A stretch of 63,621 nucleotides of DNA, counting the filler, from Octopus bimaculoides (Eukaryota): NCBI RefSeq assembly GCF_001194135.2. It is 5 parts of 5 records of this genome, joined end to end, with 100 filler letters (N's around TTAATTAATTAA, not from the genome) between each part and the next. Parts side by side here need not be neighbours in the genome. Positions count along the whole stretch, not along the records: positions 1 to 24,033 come from NC_069001.1; 4 more parts are not named here. One strand, 5' to 3'. Under the pieces are notes generated by a model. The model ran no database searches. It had not been told where the DNA came from and saw only the letters and a program-made list of their open reading frames with translations. Made by a program: the position numbers and the translations under genes. Positions 1-12,529 of this stretch are shown here, piece after piece. Every line of letters begins with the position of its first letter. Positions within the stretch are counted from its first letter, which is position 1.

Positions 1-144
1 AATAGCCCTGTCTACCTCCTTGTTCCACCACCACGTTACTCTGGGTTGGGAGGGGACCTTACACCACCCACAAATCTGGTCGGTGGCTTTCAACAGGTTG
101 TCCCGCAGAAATCTCCAATTGTCTTCCACGTTGTATGATGCTAT
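1..144 (-). mobile_element. RTE-type LINE ORF2 fragment, 5'-truncated and running off the window edge
   Basis: Uninterrupted 48-codon minus-strand frame [48 protein letters not shown]. TWWWNxEV is the motif of the endonuclease-RT linker in RTE-clade LINEs. Confidence 0.8.
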
Positions 145-237
145 AATTGTCTTCCACGTTGTATGATGCTATAATTGTCTTCCACGTTGTATGATGCTAT
201 AGTTGTCTTCCACGTTGTATGATGCTATAATTGTCTT

Positions 238-240
<3 letters not shown>
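117..240. repeat. 28-bp tandem repeat, about 4.4 copies, derived from the LINE 5' truncation point
   Basis: Unit AATTGTCTTCCACGTTGTATGATGCTAT at 117, 145, 173, 201 (one substitution) and partial at 229; no spacers. Confidence 0.95.
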
Positions 241-276
<36 letters not shown>

Positions 277-321
277 CATATATATATATATATATATGAG
301 TGTGTGTATGTATTTGTATAA

Positions 322-372
<51 letters not shown>

Positions 373-545
373 TATATATATATATATGAGTGTGTGTGTG
401 TAGTTGTATAAGTGTGTGTGTTTCTATATATATGGGTGTGTGTGTACATATATGTCTATGTATATATGTGTGCATTCATATAAGTGTGTGTGTGTGTGTG
501 TGTATGTGTCTATTTGTATAAGTATTTGTTTGTGTGTGTGTAGAA
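241..545. repeat. Compound (TA)n/(TG)n microsatellite
   Basis: Direct reading. Confidence 0.95.
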
Positions 546-1254
546 TGCTTTTAGGGCCATTTCATCAATTTAGGGTCTCTGTATTATCACATTGTTCATT
601 AAGTACTTTTACTTACTTTATTTTTTTAATTTTTTTTTTTTTGCAGACAGTAGGGCATGGTTTGAGGGAGATTTGGCTGCTTTTTTTAGCGGGTTAAGCG
701 ACCATATAGAGGCTCTGACAATAAATTGATATTGTGTGATATCTGGACTGTCTGCATGCCTGTAAATGTGTGTGTATGTATCATATCTGATTGTGTGTGT
801 GTGTCTGTCTCTGTGTGATATCTGATTGTGTATACAAATGTGTGTGTGTTTATGTATGTATGTGTGATGGTTGATTTGTGTATATGAATGTGTGTGTGTG
901 TGTGTGTGTGCATAAATGTGTAGAATGGAAGAGAGAATGGGAAAGGTTCACACACGAAAATTAAAAGTCAGCAATTGATGAAGCCAGTGGTGGTGGTGGT
1001 GGTGGTGGTGGTGGTTGGTGATGGAGAATCCCATAGGCTGGATGTTCGTTTCCACCCATTGGACCATATCCAGTTAATGGCCAACCTTAGTTTTATGCTA
1101 TGCTTGGTTGGCTTCACTTCATTAAGAATGCAGTGAGAAAAGTCCACTCCAGACCTTCTCATCCCTGTAGTCTCCTCCTCCTCTTCTTCCACCCATTCAT
1201 TATCCTTCCCTCTTTCTCCTCCTCCCATTCTCATCCTACCCATTTGTTGCTAGC

Positions 1255-1505
1255 ACTACCACCACCTATATGACATCAACCAGCTACTACCACCACCACT
1301 ACACAACCACCCAACACTACCACCCACCACTGCCACCACTGTCAGTACCACAACCACTGCTACCACCATCAATACCACAACCACAACCCCACTATCACCA
1401 ATACCATCAGCACCACCAATATGACAACCATTGGTAATGCTGTAACCACCAATACCACCACCACCACCACTGGCAATGCTACAACCACCACCACTCACCA
1501 CTGTA
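1255..1505. repeat. Degenerate (CCA/CTA)n low-complexity tract
   Basis: Direct reading. Similar tracts at 3290-3636, 12400-12540, 12985-13155 and 25525-25685. Confidence 0.9.
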
Positions 1506-1554
1506 AATGTCAATGATGATGTTGTTAATGTTCTAGGCCTTCCCTTTTTTGGAG

Positions 1555-1880
1555 GTTGTTGTTGTTTAGCCCTGGGACATCTTATAAAAGATAGCAGGTT
1601 TGGGTTTGAGAGGGACTTAGGTGCTATTTCTAGCCAGTTGGACAGCCACATACAACAAGCTTGTGGGCTTATGGTGCTGTAAATGTTAGTTGGTGGTGGT
1701 CATGTTTAAACCCCAGGTCACCCCCTGATCAAGTATAACTGTGATCAGTGACATTCCACCCATGACCATCTTGTCTTTTTAAGGGTATTTTCGGCAGACT
1801 GACTACATCAGATGTATCCCTTCCCTCTTCAAAGAAGATAAACTGTGATTATAAGCGAAATTTAACTGTTATTTCCAGGA
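1555..1880 (+). mobile_element. Fragments of dispersed repeat family E (GTTTAGCCCCAGGTCAGCCCTGATC...GATTTGGCTGCTATTTCTAGC)
   Basis: Homologous pieces at ~645-720, 6630-6810, 12540-12650, 12780-12965, 20485-20680, 21195-21270 (minus strand) and ~43965-44085. Class not determined. Confidence 0.65.
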
Positions 1881-2198
1881 GGTTAGGTATATCAGTGGAT
1901 ATTCCTGAATTCTTTGACTAATTTCAGCCATTAGATTGTGGCCATTCTAGGGCAGCACACTGAGTTTTTTAAAAATATTTTTTTTATTTTTGTAGATAAG
2001 GTGTCTGATTTTGAGAAATTTGTTTGTGAGATAATTTGTAGTGTTGAGTTGATGTTTTTGCTATTGTTTGCAATGATGACGATGAGTTGTGGGATTTCTG
2101 TTTCCACCTAGAGAAGGGGCTAGATTGTACACACTGACATTTAGTGAGGAATCATATGAAGTACACAGTGTGAAAGTCAAAACGTTGTATAGATACAT

Positions 2199-2660
2199 TG
2201 TGATGATCTGGACGAATTGTGTGGGTCCAATGTGAGAGTCTGGACATTTTGTATAGGCACAATGTGACTGTCTGGACATGTTGCATGGGCACAGGACGAC
2301 GGTTTAGATATTGTATGAGTGGGTCTGTTAAAACAGTCTGGATATATTGTAAAGTCATGGTGTAATGGTTTGGACAAATTGTATGGGTACGGTGTGACAG
2401 TCTGGACATGTGTACAGATGACAGTTTAGATATTGTGTGAGTAAATTGTGGCAGTCTGGATATATTGTATGCCCATGGTGTGATGGTCTGGACAAATTGT
2501 ATGGGTACATTGTGACTGTTTGGACAGTTTCAATGTGACGGTTTAGACATATTGTATGGGTTCATTGTGATGGTCTAGATATATTGTGATGGTGTGATGG
2601 TCTGGGTAAACTGTAATGGTCACAGTCTGACAATCAGGGCATATTGTATGGTTGTCGAGT
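2199..2660. repeat. Degenerate ~32-bp minisatellite (TGTGATGGTCTGGACAAATTGTATGGGTACAT-like)
   Basis: Recurring GTCTGGAC(A/T)..TTGTATG units; several consecutive units are 32 bp. Confidence 0.8.
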
Positions 2661-2872
2661 TTATCTGCACACCTATACATGCATACGCACGATAAACAAA
2701 TGTGTACATCAACCGATTCAGATAACCACAAACCTTGAAGAACTGTTATGACTTACAACAAAAGAGCCTTGCCAATATTAGCGACCAGATTGAAAGCCGC
2801 AAAGGGGGGAAAAAACAAACTTAAATAAACCTCCAAATAAGTACATACACATATACGTAGATGCATACAAAA

Positions 2873-2942
<70 letters not shown>

Positions 2943-2946
2943 GCAT

Positions 2947-2998
<52 letters not shown>

Positions 2999-4738
2999 GC
3001 TTACATATAAATACATACATAGACAAAACAGTCCACTCATACACGTATACACATCAGGACGCCCTTCCCCTGCCCATCACTCCCGGCTGCACTGGGCACC
3101 TGTCAAATTAAAACAACACCACTTCTACATTGCACATGGCCACCCACCTCCATTCCGATCCTCATTTCCCTGATTTCTCCCTCCCACCCAACCTCCTACG
3201 CTTTCCTCACCCCCACCCCCACCGTCTCTGTCTATGTAACAAAGGTTCTGCAACTGTACAAGAATGTGAAGTGGGGTGGGAGGAGACAAATAGCTTTGTG
3301 GTGGTGGTGGAGGAAGTGGTATTGATGTTTAGTGGTGATGGTGGTGGGAGGGTGGTTGCTCTAGGTGTGATGTGGATAGTGGTATATGGTGGTAATGGTG
3401 GTCCTGCAGTGGTAATGGTGATGAGGTAGGGTGATGGTGGTGGTGGTAGTAGTACTGGTGGTGACGGTGTTGGCGGTCATGGCAGAAATGATTCGGTGGT
3501 GGGGGTGATGTAGTGATGATGATGATGTGGTGGTGGTGATGGTTATTATAGTGGCTATGATGGTGGTGGTGGTAGTGGTTATAATGGTAGGTACAGTGAT
3601 GGTGATCACACAAAAGGTTAGAGTTGCGGTAATGGGGNNNNNNNNNNNNNNNNNNNNNNNNNNNNNNNNNNNNNNNNNNNNNNNNNNNNNNNNNNNNNNN
3701 NNNNNNNNNNNNNNNNNNNNNNNNNNNNNNNNNNNNNNNNNNNNNNNNNNNNNNNNNNNNNNNNNCAGGGGGCGGTTCAGGAAGTATGGTCCATGTTCCT
3801 TTAGTCTTTGTGGTGGTGGTGGTGGTGGTGTTTCTTGCCTTCCCTACTTCCTCCTCTCCCCTCCCCCTCTCATCCCAACACCCCACCACTTGCAAAGCCT
3901 CTTAGCACAAGTGTTAAAACTAAGTTGGCTGCCATCACCCCCACCCCACCCTCTGCCTCACATACTTAAACATGCAGCAACTCACATGCATGCAACTCAC
4001 ATGCAACATACAATTATGAGCCAAATGCCCCAACCACTAAGCCACATGCCTTCATTCATGAACACTTACACACACATGTATACAAACACACACAAATGTA
4101 CATTTACATACAGCAAAACACAGATGCAAGCATACATACAGAAAAGCACTTACATCCACACAATATATACCTTTTCACACCAGCACATGTGTATACATAC
4201 AAGCATACACACATACAAACAGTATACATGTAATCATTCTTTCTGCAATAAGCACAAGGCCTGAAATTTTGAGGGGAGGGGACAGTCGCTTACATTGAAG
4301 CCCAACGCACGACTGGTACTTATTTTATCCTGAAAGGCTGAAAGGCAAAGTCAATCTTGGTTAACGATTCTGCCAGCTCACTACCTTAGTACACATATAA
4401 TAATAAATTCAACGCACAAACTCACATAAAGAATCTTGCAAACCAAATCTCAAAATGAAATAAATTATATATACATTTATATAACCACACATGGGCCATT
4501 GACAATTTTCCTTCTTCTTTGGACATTTTCCTTTCTCCTTTCCAATGAAGAGCCATGCTCGAAACATTAAAAACTATCTCCTTTCACTGAGCATCAAACT
4601 AACATTGGTTTTTTTTTTTTTTCCTCTTTTCATTTTTTGAATTGTTTGTTCATTCAAATCGTCCAACTCATGCTAGCATGGAAAGCGGACGTTAAACAAT
4701 GATGATGATGATGATACATATATATATATATATATGCT

Positions 4739-4774
<36 letters not shown>

Positions 4775-5406
4775 CAAGTATAATGTTCTCTCTCTCTCTC
4801 TGTATATATATATGTGTGTGTGTGTGTGTGTATACACACACATACAGTCATGCATACAATATGTATGTACAATGCTATGCGATCTGTCAAACCAGCTGCT
4901 GCTGATGTATTTCTAAGTTGTCATCAAGTGGTCTCAGGACTACTACTGTTACTACTACTACTACTACTACTTTCACCTTTGCTTTTTTCCTTCCTTATAA
5001 CCACGACCATACCAAATCCTGTCTCCTACTTCTCCTGTTTCTCACCACCACCGCCGCCGCCACTGTCCTGCCTTAACTGCTGCTGGGCCTCAATGACTGC
5101 CTGTCTTCTTTCTACTTTGGTGGACCTGTATACCTTCTGTAATCTACCTGTGTGGGTCACCAGATCAGTTGACTATCAGCACCTGTACCAGTGACACACT
5201 ATAACTTGCTGTGCTCTCAGTCACACACACACACACACACACACGCACAAGCACACATGCAACACAAACCCCTCATCCATTCATATCGCAGTAGAGCAAA
5301 CATAATATATAAATACATGCATACAAACATATGTATATAGATAAACATATATAAATATATTTGCTCACATTATTATACATATTTATCTGTATATATTTTT
5401 GAAACA

Positions 5407-5448
<42 letters not shown>

Positions 5449-6058
5449 ATTGTATGTATGCATCCTCTTCCAAGTAAGTTTTATATATATATATAATATA
5501 TAGACGTAGAAAAAAGGAGGCAATATAGACTTTTATTTATCACATTTGTATTTTGATATATATACACACACACATACATACATACACACATACACATACA
5601 TTTTATTTATTCAAGGCGGAATTGTACATAATTACATATACAATGTTCAAAATTAATTGTCCACACTCAAACTGACATATCTATCTATCTATCCATCTAT
5701 ACACATACACACAGATTTACATGTATTTATATCTATTTATATATTTATTGTTTGTAATATATCTATATACACCATTTTTTTCTTCAACTTTTTAACACAA
5801 ATACATGCATACACACACACACACACACACACTTTTTCACACACAGAAACGCATATATATATATATAGATAGATCTGATATTCTAAGGCGAGGAAATTTT
5901 CATGTGGAAAGCTGTCATAGAAAAGAGAGTCTGGAATTAAATCTGATCTCTTTTGAAATTTTTGGAATTGTTAAAAAAAGTGGAATTGATATCTTAGTCA
6001 TATCTTGACATACAAGGCATTGACTCCGACTTATATACATCCATATTTATACATCTCT

Positions 6059-6089
<31 letters not shown>

Positions 6090-6227
6090 GGGGAGTAGGT
6101 GCCTGTTAGTGTATTCACACATGCGTACATACCCATGAGAGTGTACTCAATACAGTATATTAAGTGATATTTGAAACTAAAACTTAATTATTTCTACTCG
6201 GAGTTACTCTTTGCACACACACACACA

Positions 6228-6263
<36 letters not shown>

Positions 6264-6431
6264 CATTTCATGACATTTACAAAGTTTGGTGAGGATAAAG
6301 AACACATACACAAACAGAGCACTCATTTGCTCAGCTGTCCCCTATAAACAATCAGAATCAAAGGGACAGCAGTGTACACACATACCTCACCGTCCCCCAC
6401 CTCTCTCTCTAGCTGTTCCCTTTCTCTGTAA

Positions 6432-6469
<38 letters not shown>

Positions 6470-6823
6470 GAGAGACTATGCTGGAATGTTCTAATTTACA
6501 ATGGAGAAATTAAGGACTTTTAACCTCTTACTTTGGATTATCATAATTTGTAAGTTGATGACTTTTCCCCCCCCTATTTTAGTTGTTGTTGTTGTTTGTG
6601 TAATATGTGTATGTTTGTTAATGTTATTTAGTCCTGTTTAGCCCCTGGCCAGCCTCCATTGATCAAAGGCATTCTAGCTGTGATTGATCGTTCCTTGATT
6701 TTTAGGGATATCTGGTGCTATATTATGTAATGTGTTAAATGTGTCCGTTTTATCTTTCTTTTTATAAGACAACAGAATGTGAGTTCAGTGATGTTTAGCT
6801 GTTATTTCAATGTGCTTCTCTTT

Positions 6824-6858
<35 letters not shown>

Positions 6859-7007
6859 TGTGATAAACTTACTTTTGTCTGTGTTTGTATAACAGAAGAC
6901 TACGTTTATATACGTGTGCTTGTGTGTGCATGTGTGCATGTAGGTATGCATGTGTTATGATTGACTATACTTTGTGTGTGTATGTATGTTAAAGAAGAAA
7001 ACTTCAC

Positions 7008-7117
<110 letters not shown>

Positions 7118-7395
7118 TAATTGATGTTTACATTGAATATAACCTCCTTGTAGTGTTGCAAAAATCCGCATTTGCAGATCCTTCTTCTTCGTTGTTGTTG
7201 TTGTTGTTGCTGTATTAGTTGTTGTAGGATGTATAACAGATCTTGTTATTCTAAAGGTAACTTTTTTTCTTTCCTACAATAGTTGTTTTTGTTGTTGTTT
7301 TCAACACACAAATACTTCCTTTTGTTGTTGTTATTGTTGTATCTTCTCTCTGAGCGGTTTCTTTCACTCTCTCTTGCCATCTTTTTTTTCTCACC

Positions 7396-7472
<77 letters not shown>

Positions 7473-7571
7473 TTATTGTTGCCTTCTCTCCCCACTACTC
7501 CCCCCTCTCTCTCTCTCTCTCTCCACAAACATTTTGCGTTTGATATTTTAAGAATTTTTTTACTCTTTTAG

Positions 7572-7985
7572 TCTTTTCACTTGTTTCAGTCATTGGGCTG
7601 TGGTCATACTGGAGCACTCATTTGTCGTGTTAGTCAAATAAATTGACCTGACGACTTCCTTCAAGTCTACTACTTAATCTATCAGTCTCCTTTGCTGAAT
7701 CGCTAAGTTACAAGGACATAAACAAACCAACACCTGTTGTCAAGCAGTGGGACAGGGAACAAATACAAAGACCCATATGCACACACATATATACTCACAT
7801 ATACACACACAAAAACATACACAAAATGGGCTTCCTTACAATTTCCACTTACCATATTCACTCATATGACATTGATTGATGACCTTGCAGGGCTATAGTA
7901 GAAGACATTTGCCCAAGGTACAGCACATTGGGACTGAACTCTGAAACCATGTGGTTGTGAAATGAATTTCTTAACCACGCAGCCA
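7572..7985 (-). mobile_element. tRNA-derived SINE family B, CpG-decayed copy
   Basis: Reverse complement aligns with 37985-38436 over head, core and tail. Confidence 0.85.
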
Positions 7986-8144
7986 GATCTGCATCCAAAA
8001 TATTTATTCGTTTATTAAAAGTTCCTTTGAATGAAAGACCGGTGGTTGTAGTACGGGGGTGTGTAGGGTGGGGAAATAAGACACTACCCCTTTCCCCCAC
8101 CCAGCATCTTATTTGCCTTCTGTTCTTCTGTTACTTCTGCTGTG

Positions 8145-8540
8145 AAGACATGTGGCTTAGTGGTTAGGGTATTCAGCTCACAATTGTAAGGTTGAGAGTT
8201 CAAATCCCTGTGGTGCATTGTATCCTTGGGCAAAACACTTTATTTTAAGTTGCTCCAGTCCACCCAAATTGGAAAGTCAAGAGTTCAGTTCCCAATGGCA
8301 TTTTGTGTCCTTTATTTCACATTGCTCCAGTCCTCTCAGCTGGTAAAAAGGAGTTGTACCTGTAATTCAAAGGGGCCAGTCTTGCCACATTCTGTTTGTG
8401 CTGAATCTCCTTGAGAACCACATTAAGGGTACATCTGTGGAGCGCTCGGCCACTTACATGTTAATTTCATGAGCTGACTGTTCCGTTGATTGGATCAACT
8501 GGAACACAGCATTATAATTGTAACTGACAGAGAGCCAGTT
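8145..8540 (+). mobile_element. tRNA-derived SINE family C
   Basis: A box TGGCTTAGTGG, B box GAGTTCAAATCC, CORE-like CCTTGGGCAAAACACTT. Related pieces at 11690-11950, 19705-19790, 25220-25400 and 58280-58495 (minus strand). Confidence 0.8.
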
Positions 8541-8818
8541 TTTCTCTCCTACCCCCACCAAATGTCCACATCTACCTGTTATTACTTTATAAAGTTTTAA
8601 TCCTAACACCCTCCACCACCCTTATCAAATATGTGCGTAGGACAACGCTGAATGTATTGTGTGTGCACAGGGTTCACTCTCCAAGTAATTGCTGATTTGT
8701 GGTGTTAGGGAGAATAGCTGGTTATCAGCTGCCAGATTCATTTGGTCCCTGAGTCTATCGTAAAAATTATTCCAGTACCTTTCATTCGCTGGTAAGGGCT
8801 GGTAGTTTTCATCTAGGG

Positions 8819-8900
8819 CAGTGTTTCTCAACCATTATTTATCAATGAAACTCTTGGATTACTTTTTTTACTCTGGTAGACCCTCATAGCTGTTGGATGT
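8819..8900 (+). mobile_element. hAT (Charlie-like) non-autonomous end
   Basis: CAGTGTTTCTCAACC terminus preceded by ATCTAGGG, resembling the NTCTAGAN target. Confidence 0.55.
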
Positions 8901-8954
8901 TTAAAAACTAATTTTACAGATACTTCTTTCCAAATTCCCATTTTGTTAATACTT

Positions 8955-9290
8955 TTCTATATACTTTTGAGATGAGGAATTATCTACATTATTTACAATT
9001 GGACCGATAGGTGTCCTCACCTTGTTTGTTGTTACCACAACATTTCGGCTGATGTACTCTCCAGCCTTCATCAGATGTTCTTTTGGAATTTCAAACCCAA
9101 CCCTTTATTTGACTAATGAGGTACTCTGTTCTCATTTTTAAGATATTCTTTTTTGCTCATGTTATTTTTTTCTGTTGATATTATTTCCCAAGTCCCTGCC
9201 TGGGATTGAACTCAAAATTTGAAGGTTAGTAACCCGTGCTCTTATCCACTACGCCATATGCCTGTGGGCATAGCATAGTGAATAAGAGCG
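8955..9290 (-). mobile_element. tRNA-headed SINE-like element with hammerhead motif, copy 1
   Basis: Minus strand: A box TGGCGTAGTGG (9246-9256), B box GAGTTCAATCCC (9202-9213), body, hammerhead core (9034-9079) and AT-rich tail. Homologous to 54012-54367. Confidence 0.8.
9034..9079 (-). ncRNA. Minimal type I hammerhead ribozyme motif, partly decayed
   Basis: AACAT-CTGATGA-A-GGCTG-GAGAGTACAT-CAGCC-GAA-ATGT-T-GTGGT; stem I has one mismatch. Confidence 0.55.
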
Positions 9291-9402
9291 TTATTCACAC
9301 ATTCGCTTGTTAAGGTTGAACTGTGTAAAATGTTAGAAAAGCAAACCTAGCTGCTTCTTGCAGCATATCAATACATTTAAATCCAAAGCTTTTCATGGAT
9401 GC

Positions 9403-9571
9403 TTAACCCTTTAACATTTAAACTGGTCACATCGAACCCAGATATTCTATCTATTTTACAATGGTTGCATCATTGGAATTTCAAAGCTATGAGATAATGC
9501 AGGATTAATTAAACAACTGTAATTAAATAAGCATTACATTTGATACAGTAATCTGAATACTAAAAAGTTAA
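9403..9571 (+). mobile_element. piggyBac-like MITE (TTAA-CCCTTTA...TAAAGGG-TTAA family), internally deleted
   Basis: TTAACCCTTTAACATT start and TAAAAAGTTAA end; homologous to 14212-14448 and 20896-21126. Confidence 0.75.
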
Positions 9572-9578
9572 AATACTA

Positions 9579-9668
9579 CAGTGGATCCCCAACTTTTTTG
9601 CTAGTGTGAACTCCCCAAAATCTTCTATGGACCCCAGGGGTCAGATGGATTCCAGTTCAGAACCACTA
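9579..9668 (+). mobile_element. Short hAT-like MITE
   Basis: Imperfect TIRs CAGTGGATCCCCAAC and GTTCAGAACCACTA; no clear TSD. Confidence 0.5.
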
Positions 9669-9934
9669 GTCTGGGTAGTGGTTACAGTGAAAGGAGGTTT
9701 ATGGAAACACAACCGAAATGATCGAACACAGATATTCCTCACCACCTTTTTTTAGTAGTCAAAGCTTCTTTAGATAGGAAAGTGTTGGCAGTTTTCCTTT
9801 GTGGGGTGGCTATGGTGGAAGGCATTGTATGACACTACCATGAGGGCAGATATTTTCCTCCTTTGTTAATCACACACCTGGAGCTTTGCTGAGTTTCATT
9901 CAGAAAGAAAGGTGAGTCTGCAGAGGCAGGTGGT

Positions 9935-10400
9935 GCCCTCCTTTATGAAGATCGATGTGCCCATCATGACTGCCTCTCTGATAAGGGTACACCAGGCACA
10001 TGCTTCACAACCATGTGTGTATGACAGGGTGATCTTGTCTCAAGAGAAATAGTGCATGACCTTAGAGATGGGCCTAGTTTGAATTTTCTTCAAGTCAAGT
10101 AACCCATCCTGCTCAAAATGCTCCTGAATAAGGGTTTTTTAAGGATGATGAATGAAACGCCCATATTTCTTGGGGTGAATTATTCAAACCCCAAAGAATC
10201 CCCCTCAACACGACTATGATGCTCCCCCACTACTTCTGCTCATGGTCAGAGATGCACATATCGTCAGACACCAAGGGACATGCTCAACTGGTTAAGGTCA
10301 AACAACTGACAAGCAAATCTGTGATATTAAGCAGAATATTTGCTGTAGCCCATCTTTTATACCAAGACAAAACATGTACATGATAACACTTCCAATCAGG
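9935..10400 (+). mobile_element. Unclassified dispersed repeat
   Basis: Its 3' part recurs in reverse orientation at ~35115-35270 (AGCAAATATTCTGCTCAATACCACAGATTTGCTTGTCAGTTG). Confidence 0.7.
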
Positions 10401-11244
10401 GCATTTATTATTATTATCATCATTATTATTATTATTATTATTATTATAAAAGTATAGATTGTTTTTGTTATTACTGGGGAGTCTCTAGCTAAGTAAGTTC
10501 AAACTCTGCCCATATTGTCTTTGTCTTTTCATTCTCACTTTAAGTCAGTGAGAGAGACACCAATCAAATATCTGGTGGTGGTGGTTGTAGTGGGTTTTAT
10601 TCCATCATTTTATCTTTTTCCCGCTACAATGTCTCGGTCAACAAGCAATAGATTACATATAGACTATAGATCATATATNNNNNNNNNNNNNNNNNNNNNN
10701 NNNNNNNNNNNNNNNNNNNNNNNNNNNNNNNNNNNNNNNNNNNNNNNNNNNNNNNATATATATATATATATATATATAGATAGATATATATAGATTCACA
10801 TATCTACAACCAAATTTCAAAATCCCGCCACTTACTTAATAATCCGTTACTTGAAAATCTCAAAGCCCTATCGCTGCACCTGCTTATGTAAATGTCTTTG
10901 TATTTCTTGTAATAAAGGCACAAGACTATGTTTTGTTGGAGCAGGTATAAAACAGTGCAGTTGATTGGTTGTGTTAGGGTTACTGTTAAGATATCACTGG
11001 TGTTTATAGTGAGCTAACAAGAAAATCATTAAGTTGTTGATCAATATTTTAAATGAATTTTTAACATTTTGTTGTTATTAATTACACCTTGCTGCTTAAA
11101 AAACATGAGGGGACACATGGGATAGTGTAGTTTTCTATATACTGTTTGCAAAAGCATCCAATTTACTAATTTGTAAGAGCAGGCTATACTTAATCTCTTT
11201 GTTTAAATGTGTTGCCTTCATTTCAATTAATTGTTTCCAAGCCA

Positions 11245-11370
11245 TATAGTTCTAGGTTCAGTTCCACAACATGGCACCTAAAGTAAGTGTCTTCTACTAT
11301 AGCCCAGGGGCAACCAAAGCCTTGTGAGTGAATTTGGTAGATGGAAACTGAAAGAAGTCCATGGTGTGTA
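11245..11370 (+). mobile_element. SINE family B, 5' half
   Basis: GGTTCAGTTCC B box and GCCTTGTGAGTGAATTTGGTAG core. Other partial copies at 23541-23690, 24134-24190 (minus), 32894-33090 (minus), 36357-36470 and 40665-40815 (minus). Confidence 0.8.
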
Positions 11371-11689
11371 TGTGTATAGGATAAAAAAAAAATGGTTAAA
11401 GCTCCTTCATTGGTCATATAAACTCATAAGGCTGGTTTCCCTGTTTGTAGAGTATATATTACCTCCTGGATGGGACACCTGTCCTTCACAAGATTACTCA
11501 CTTTTGCCAGCTGAGTGGACTGGAGTTCTGTGAAATAAAGAGTTTTGCCCAAGAATACAACGCATTGCCCAGTCCAGGAATCAAAATCACCAAGCCACAT
11601 TCCTTCACTGTGTGTGTGTGTGTGTGTGTGTCTGTCTGTGTTTGTCTGTGTCTGTGAAAACATGCCCAGTGATGGAGAAATATTACTGT

Positions 11690-12110
11690 GCATTGTGTTC
11701 TTGAGCAAGTCACTTTATTCCACGTTGCTCCAGTTCACTCAGCTGTAGAAACACGTTGTGATGTCACTGGTGCCAAGCTGTATCATCCCCTTTGCCTTTC
11801 CCTTGGATAACATCAGTGGTGTGAAGAGGGGAGGCTGGTATGCATGGGCGATTGCTGGTCTTCCATAAATAACCTTGCCTGCACTTGTGCCTTGGAGGGG
11901 AACTTTTTAGGTGCAATCCCATGGTCATTCATGACTGAAGAGGGTCTTTACCCTTTACCCTAAGTACATATAATGACGTAAATGCTGTTATGCATGGGTG
12001 ATTGCTGGTCTTCCATAAACAACCACGCCCAGACTTGTGCCTCGGAGGGGAATTTTCTTGGTGTAAACCCATGGTCATTTATGACTGAAAGGGGTTTGTA
12101 CCCTTTTACA
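11690..12110 (+). mobile_element. SINE family C/G 3' region with a second tail copy in tandem
   Basis: The ~125-bp tail GCTGGTATGCATGGG...TACCCTTT occurs at ~11833-11960 and ~11984-12108. Confidence 0.75.
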
Positions 12111-12485
12111 TTTGACAGACGAATCTGAAAGCTAAAGAGTTAATCTCTTGTGTGGAACATAAACTAGCATGAAATTTTGATGGAAAATTTTAATTTGTAT
12201 CATTTTAAAACAGGAAGTTTTTGTATCATAGAACCAGGGTCTGAGGAGGCAGGTTGGTCATAAGTGAATTTAAGCCATGTGGTCAACACGTGTGGCCTTC
12301 GTTTGTAAACACAGTTGGATGTTGATTGTGTAAGATTTTTGGATGGTCGTTGTCTGTATTAAATGGGTCAAGTGACTTGTTAGAAGTTCCAGTTTTTGGT
12401 TACAATATGGTGGTGGCAGTAATTGCGGTGGTGGTAGTGGCAGTAGTTGTGGTAGTGGTGTTAGTATTAACGATGGTTGTGGTGA

Positions 12486-12529
<44 letters not shown>

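Noticed and set aside
117-240. 28-bp repeats as a CRISPR array
   Set aside because: The units are contiguous with no spacers, there are no cas genes, the DNA is eukaryotic and the unit is LINE-derived.
4985-5160. Minus-strand frame ...ERRQAVIEAQQQLRQDSGGGGGGEKQEK*
   Set aside because: No pyrimidine-rich acceptor, upstream in-frame stops, and partly made of (GGT)n repeat.
8145-8220. A/B-box segments as tRNA genes (also 37985, 54185 and 58420)
   Set aside because: They continue into shared SINE bodies, with no cloverleaf acceptor stem or T-run terminator.
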